In this document: positions 59,944 through 64,000 of the stretch, piece by piece | Numbering within the stretch: position 1 is the stretch's first letter | Layout: each line of letters starts with the position of its first letter | NCBI GenBank assembly: GCA_030745875.1 | Contig: JASLNT010000006.1 | Location: 10,629 to 74,628 of the forward strand | Source of the DNA: Phycisphaerae bacterium | Lineage (GTDB): Bacteria; Planctomycetota; Phycisphaerae; SM23-33 | Direction: 5' to 3' | Length of the DNA stretch: 64,000 bases | Made by a program: the position numbers and the translations under genes | The notes under the pieces: model-generated | Databases searched by the model: none | Seen by the model: the letters and a program-made list of their open reading frames with translations, nothing else | What the model was told of the DNA's origin: nothing

Positions 59944-60467
59944 ACATCGAGGAATTCATCCGTGACGTACCGGACTTTCCCAAACCCGGAATCATTTTCA
60001 AAGACATCACGCCATTGCTGGGGAACATCGAAGCTCTGCGTCAGACCGTGCGACTGCTGGCCGATCCGTATCGCGACAGCGGCGTGGAGATTGTAACGGG
60101 CGTGGAGTCGCGCGGATTCATCTTCGGGGCGATGCTCGCTGACGAACTTGACGTTGGATTCGTACCGATCAGGAAACCGAACAAACTGCCCGCCGAAACA
60201 ATAAGCGAGAGTTACGAGCTTGAATACGGGACCGACACGATAGAGATTCACGCCGATGCGATCTCGCCCGGCCAGAAAGTTCTAATGTGCGACGATCTGA
60301 TCGCCACGGGCGGTACTGTAGAGGCCGCCTGCAAGCTGGTGAAGAAGCTTGAAGGCGATATCGTCGGGGCTGTCTTTGTGGTCGAGTTGAGTTTCCTCCC
60401 CGGACGGGAGAAACTCGACGCACTAGGCGTGGAAAGTCACAGCCTGATCGAAGTTAACGGCGAGTAA
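59940..60467 (+). CDS. apt: adenine phosphoribosyltransferase (TTG start overlapping upstream TGA)
   Basis: DFPKPGIIFKDITPLL, LMCDDLIATGGT PRTase motif; the only in-frame start that does not overlap the upstream gene is TTG at ~59940. Confidence 0.85.
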   Translation: MNIEEFIRDVPDFPKPGIIFKDITPLLGNIEALRQTVRLLADPYRDSGVEIVTGVESRGFIFGAMLADELDVGFVPIRKPNKLPAETISESYELEYGTDTIEIHADAISPGQKVLMCDDLIATGGTVEAACKLVKKLEGDIVGAVFVVELSFLPGREKLDALGVESHSLIEVNGE

Positions 60468-60535
60468 CGTATCGACCGGGGCCTTGAAAGCAACCCAATC
60501 GGCCCGATCGGAGAATTCCGGTCGGGCCGTTGCAT

Positions 60536-60754
60536 TCAGAAGATCGCGTAGATGAACGGCGCCAGGGCGCTGTTTGTTGACAGAAGCACCAGGAGGCTCA
60601 CCACCAGCAGGACAACAAGTATCGGTATCAGCCACCATTTCTTGTTGTGACAGACAAAGTCCCACAATTCGCGCAGAAAAGAAGGGGGGCGAGTGTCGGC
60701 CTGTTCGGCAAAACTATCGCTTCGGCGGTCAGTGGTTTTCGGTTCTTTGTCCAT
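60536..60754 (-). CDS. DUF5989 (SxtK-like) small membrane protein
   Basis: LRELWDFVCHNKKWWLIPILVVLLVVSLLVLL matches the family that accompanies SxtJ/carbamoyltransferase genes. Confidence 0.6.
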   Translation of the reverse strand: MDKEPKTTDRRSDSFAEQADTRPPSFLRELWDFVCHNKKWWLIPILVVLLVVSLLVLLSTNSALAPFIYAIF

Positions 60755-60757
60755 AGT

Positions 60758-61165
60758 TCAGAACTGACGGAAATATCGCTCAGGGGCGGTTTGTTTGCGT
60801 TCTCGCCAGTAACTCCCGGCGGCCCGATCGGCACGTCGTTGCATCGGGTCCCGGCCGAACAGTCGCATAATGACGCCCGTGGGAGTTACTACAACATAGT
60901 ATACAATTCCCAGGACAATCAGCGAGATAACTATTCCAATTGGAGCGGCGAGATAGCTCATGCCAAGATAGACAATGCGAACGCAAGGTGGTCTGACCGC
61001 TCCCAGGCCCGCCACAGCGGCGCCCGACACCCAGATCAGAATGGCGGTCGTCAATGATCCGGTCGACTCCAGCACCAGGTATCCGACCAGTGCTGCAAAA
61101 ACACCGCCCGCCAGCGAAAACTGACACAACGTGCGGGGCGACGGGTTTTTGTTTATCTCGATCAT
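60758..61165 (-). CDS. SxtJ-family membrane protein
   Basis: 3-4 TM small protein immediately downstream of the carbamoyltransferase in the same orientation. Confidence 0.6.
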   Translation of the reverse strand: MIEINKNPSPRTLCQFSLAGGVFAALVGYLVLESTGSLTTAILIWVSGAAVAGLGAVRPPCVRIVYLGMSYLAAPIGIVISLIVLGIVYYVVVTPTGVIMRLFGRDPMQRRADRAAGSYWRERKQTAPERYFRQF

Positions 61166-61175
61166 TGTTAGTTAG

Positions 61176-63014
61176 TCAGTCAAGGTCGAATTTCGCAAGG
61201 TATTCGTCCACGTCGTGCGTCCGGACGGACGGCTGGTCGGCCTTGCAGAGCACGAATCGCTCCATTACCAGCACGTCCATATTGGTCGCCATGAAGCAGT
61301 TGTACGCATCCGATGGCGTGCAGACTATCGGCTCGCCCCGAACGTTAAAACTCGTATTGACCAGCAGCGGGCAGCCGGTCTTGCGCTCGAAAGCCTTCAG
61401 TAACTTGCAGTATCGCCCGTGCCTGGCCTCGTCGACGGTTTGCAGCCGCGCCGAATAATCCACATGAGTGATCGCCGGAACCACAGATCTCCGCACGGAT
61501 CTCTTGTCCAGCCCGCCTGCGGATTCTCCCTCCCCCGCGGGCTCGATTCGCTTGTCTCCCGCCACAGGCGCCGTCAGCAGCATATACGGGCTCGACAGGC
61601 CCTTACGTGTCTGGAAGAACTCACCGGCCCGATCGTCCAGCACCGACGGAGCAAACGGTCGGAACGACTCGCGGAACTTTATCTTGCGGTTCATCACTGA
61701 TTGCATCGTCGGGCTTCTTGCATCTCCGAGTATGCTTCGGCAGCCCAAGGCTCTCGGGCCGAATTCCATGCGGCCTTGGAACCATCCGACGATCTTCTCA
61801 CCTGACAGCAATTCAGCGGTGTGATTGCAGAGGGAGTCATCGTCGCCGAATTCCTTGTATATCGCGCCGGCGTCCTTCAGGAACGCTTCGATTTGCTCCG
61901 GCTCGAAACTCGGACCAAGGAGCGATCCGGATTGGCTGTCTTCAGGCAGGGCGGACCGGGGATTGTCCAGCAGTTGATGCCATATCAGCATCGCAGCGCC
62001 AATCGCGCCTCCGGCGTCTCCGGCGGCCGGTTGGATCCATATGCGATCGAACGGTCCTTCCCGAACGAGGAGCCCGTTGGCTACGCAGTTCAACGCCACG
62101 CCCCCAGCCAGGCACAGATTCTCCATCCCGGTCTGGTCGTGAACGTGTCTGGCGATTCGCAGAATGATCTCTTCGGTGACCTTCTGTACCGAAGCGGCCA
62201 GATCCATCTCACGCTGGGTTATCGGGGTTTCGGGCTTTCTGGGCGGACCGTCGAAAAGGGCGGTGAACTTCCGCGAAGTCATCGTGAGCCCGCAGCAGTA
62301 GTTGAAGAACGACATGTCCATGTGAAACGAACCGTCATCCTTTATGTCGATCAGCTTGTCGGTGATAAGGTCGACGTACCTGGGCGTCCCGTACGGCGCC
62401 AGCCCCATCAGCTTGTACTCTCCGCTGTTTACCTTGAACCCGCAGAAGTACGTGAACGCCGAGTACAACAGTCCAAGCGAATGGGGGAAGTGCAGTTCGT
62501 GAGTCAGCGAGATGCGATTACCGCGACCGACGCCATAGCTCGCGGTGGCCCATTCGCCAACACCGTCCAGCGTAATAATTGCAGCCTCCTGGAACGGCGA
62601 GGGGAAGAACGCGCTGGCTGCGTGCGATTCGTGGTGTTCGGGGAAGATATATCGTTTCTTGTAGGCTTTGTTCAGCCCGCGATCGAGTTGGCGTCTGGTG
62701 TGGAGTTTCTGTCGCAACCATAGGGGCATTGCTTTTGCGAAACTGCGAAAACCCAGCGGGGCGAAGGCGAGGTACGTCTCGAGAATCCTGTCGAATTTCA
62801 GCAGCGGTTTGTCGTAGAAACCCACGTAGTCCAGATCCCCAGCGGTCAGGGACGCCGCTGACAGGCAGTATTCGATGGCGCGTGAGGGAAAGGCCTGATC
62901 GTGTTTCTTTCGGGTGAACCGCTCCTCCTGGGCGGCGGCGACCAAGCGTCCGTCGACGAGCAGCGCTGCAGCCGAATCGTGGTAAAACGCCGATATGCCT
63001 AGTATTGCGGTCAT
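61176..63014 (-). CDS. carbamoyltransferase (NodU/CmcH/SxtI family)
   Basis: N-terminus MTAILGISAFYHDSAAALLVDGRLVAAAQEERFTRKKHD is the canonical carbamoyltransferase start; ~612 aa. Confidence 0.85.
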   Translation of the reverse strand: MTAILGISAFYHDSAAALLVDGRLVAAAQEERFTRKKHDQAFPSRAIEYCLSAASLTAGDLDYVGFYDKPLLKFDRILETYLAFAPLGFRSFAKAMPLWLRQKLHTRRQLDRGLNKAYKKRYIFPEHHESHAASAFFPSPFQEAAIITLDGVGEWATASYGVGRGNRISLTHELHFPHSLGLLYSAFTYFCGFKVNSGEYKLMGLAPYGTPRYVDLITDKLIDIKDDGSFHMDMSFFNYCCGLTMTSRKFTALFDGPPRKPETPITQREMDLAASVQKVTEEIILRIARHVHDQTGMENLCLAGGVALNCVANGLLVREGPFDRIWIQPAAGDAGGAIGAAMLIWHQLLDNPRSALPEDSQSGSLLGPSFEPEQIEAFLKDAGAIYKEFGDDDSLCNHTAELLSGEKIVGWFQGRMEFGPRALGCRSILGDARSPTMQSVMNRKIKFRESFRPFAPSVLDDRAGEFFQTRKGLSSPYMLLTAPVAGDKRIEPAGEGESAGGLDKRSVRRSVVPAITHVDYSARLQTVDEARHGRYCKLLKAFERKTGCPLLVNTSFNVRGEPIVCTPSDAYNCFMATNMDVLVMERFVLCKADQPSVRTHDVDEYLAKFDLD

Positions 63015-63160
63015 GTCTACATGGATACTATCGACTGCAACGGGCCGCGCCGCCTGTAGCGATTCTAATTCAATTACCGCAGACCTGCAAGACGGGCGGC
63101 CAATTGCGTTCGCGCAAATCGTGATTGACAAGCACCCCCGAGAGCATAGAATCGTCGCAA

Positions 63161-64000
63161 ATGGAATCGGAAAGCCCCACACGATCCGGCGCGCCTGCAT
63201 CTTCGTCCAGACGGCGCCTTGTCGGCTGGCGGAAATGGGTGACGCGGTTCCTGATAGCGATTCTCTCACCGGTTCTGTTCCTTCTCATCCTTGAGGGCGG
63301 ATTGCTCTTATTCGGTTACGGTTACTCCACCAACTTCTTCGTGAAGGACGAAGCAACCGGGCGGTACGCCTCCAATGAGAAGTTCTCCTGGCGATTCTAC
63401 GCCCCGACAATCGCAAAGAATCCGCTCCCGTTTTCGATCGCCTCGCCCAAACCGAAAGGCGTCTTTCGCATTTTCATTCTCGGAAGCTCCGCCGCCTGGG
63501 GCACGCCGTCTCCATCTTTCAGCTTCTCCCGCATACTGTCGGTAATGCTTTGCGAGCGATATCCCGATGTGAAATTCGAAGTGGTCAATACCGCGATAAT
63601 GGGCGTCAATTCGCACATTGTCCTGCCGATCGCTCGCGACTGCGCCGATTTCGAACCGGACATGTTCATCGTGTATCTGGGCAATAATGAAGTGATCGGA
63701 CTTCACGGGCCTAAAACGCACGGCGGCGGGGCGATGCCCGGCATGGCGTTCATACGAGCGAGTCTATGGATCAAGTCGACGCGATGCGGACAGTTGATCG
63801 GTTCACTGCTGGGCGGTTCCGGGCGGAACTCCGCTCCGTCCAAACCGCAGGACCTCGAATACTTCCGCAAGCACCTGACCGCCGCCGATGATCCTGACCG
63901 CCTGGCGGTTTACGAGAATTTCAGCGTTAATCTGAAGGATATAATCAGTGTCGGGCTCGACAGCGGGGCGCGCGTGCTGCTGGCGACGGTTGCAGTCAAC
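63161..64000 (+). CDS. membrane-anchored SGNH/GDSL-hydrolase-like protein, 3' partial (runs off the window)
   Basis: My own translation (not in the ORF track because no stop in window): MESESPTRSGAPASSSRRRLVGWRKWVTRFLIAILSPVLFLLILEGG...FRIFILGSSAAWG...IVYLGNNEV; divergent from the carbamoyltransferase gene. Confidence 0.5.
   Translation, partial: MESESPTRSGAPASSSRRRLVGWRKWVTRFLIAILSPVLFLLILEGGLLLFGYGYSTNFFVKDEATGRYASNEKFSWRFYAPTIAKNPLPFSIASPKPKGVFRIFILGSSAAWGTPSPSFSFSRILSVMLCERYPDVKFEVVNTAIMGVNSHIVLPIARDCADFEPDMFIVYLGNNEVIGLHGPKTHGGGAMPGMAFIRASLWIKSTRCGQLIGSLLGGSGRNSAPSKPQDLEYFRKHLTAADDPDRLAVYENFSVNLKDIISVGLDSGARVLLATVAVN

Overview
This 64 kb window is GC-rich and gene-dense. I attribute it to a Planctomycetota-type chromosome, by inference from several families that are typical of that phylum: a DUF1559 H-X9-DG prepilin-like protein, a secreted protein with three CxxCH motifs resembling the planctomycete cytochrome c (PSCyt) domain, tandem DUF1080 domains, and many secreted hypothetical proteins.

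First 25 kb, all on the + strand: an F1 ATP synthase operon (atpH-atpA-atpG-atpD, then atpC) with two unrelated genes inserted before atpC; hemC; a sialate-O-acetylesterase-like secreted enzyme; a multi-domain response regulator; and a 17-gene type IV pilus / T2SS-like block. That block carries four prepilin-like minor pilins, pilM, pilN, pilO, a pilP-like gene, then a histidine kinase, CheY-like regulator, HD-GYP phosphodiesterase and STAS protein embedded in front of the pilB/gspE ATPase and pilC/gspF platform gene, and finally a DnaJ/CbpA-like chaperone with an overlapping membrane partner.

The remainder contains: a glycogen debranching enzyme; an NfeD-flotillin-coiled-coil operon; uxaC; PQQ and PD40 beta-propeller secreted proteins; a zinc-ribbon protein coupled to a DUF1559 pseudopilin; two tandem paralogous membrane-anchored proteins with an NlpC/P60-like Cys...GD...His signature behind a consensus sigma70 promoter in an AT-rich island; tandem DUF1080; a C69 peptidase; coaB-dut-ftsK; a glycosyltransferase; dapA; pdxJ; an LTA-synthase-family enzyme; apt; and a carbamoyltransferase-SxtJ-DUF5989 cluster with a divergent SGNH-like membrane protein.

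The most unusual signal is a roughly 1.2 kb non-coding stretch (about 55570-56740) made of three ~390-bp tandem units. Each unit has two positionally conserved hairpins whose stems covary while their loops are conserved, ends in a minus-strand terminator, and carries a Shine-Dalgarno-led mini-ORF at a fixed offset. I read this as a candidate novel structured-RNA or small-protein array.

No rRNA, tRNA, CRISPR array or transposase was recognised. Coordinates follow the ORF track and include the stop codon; internal start choices may be off by a codon or two.
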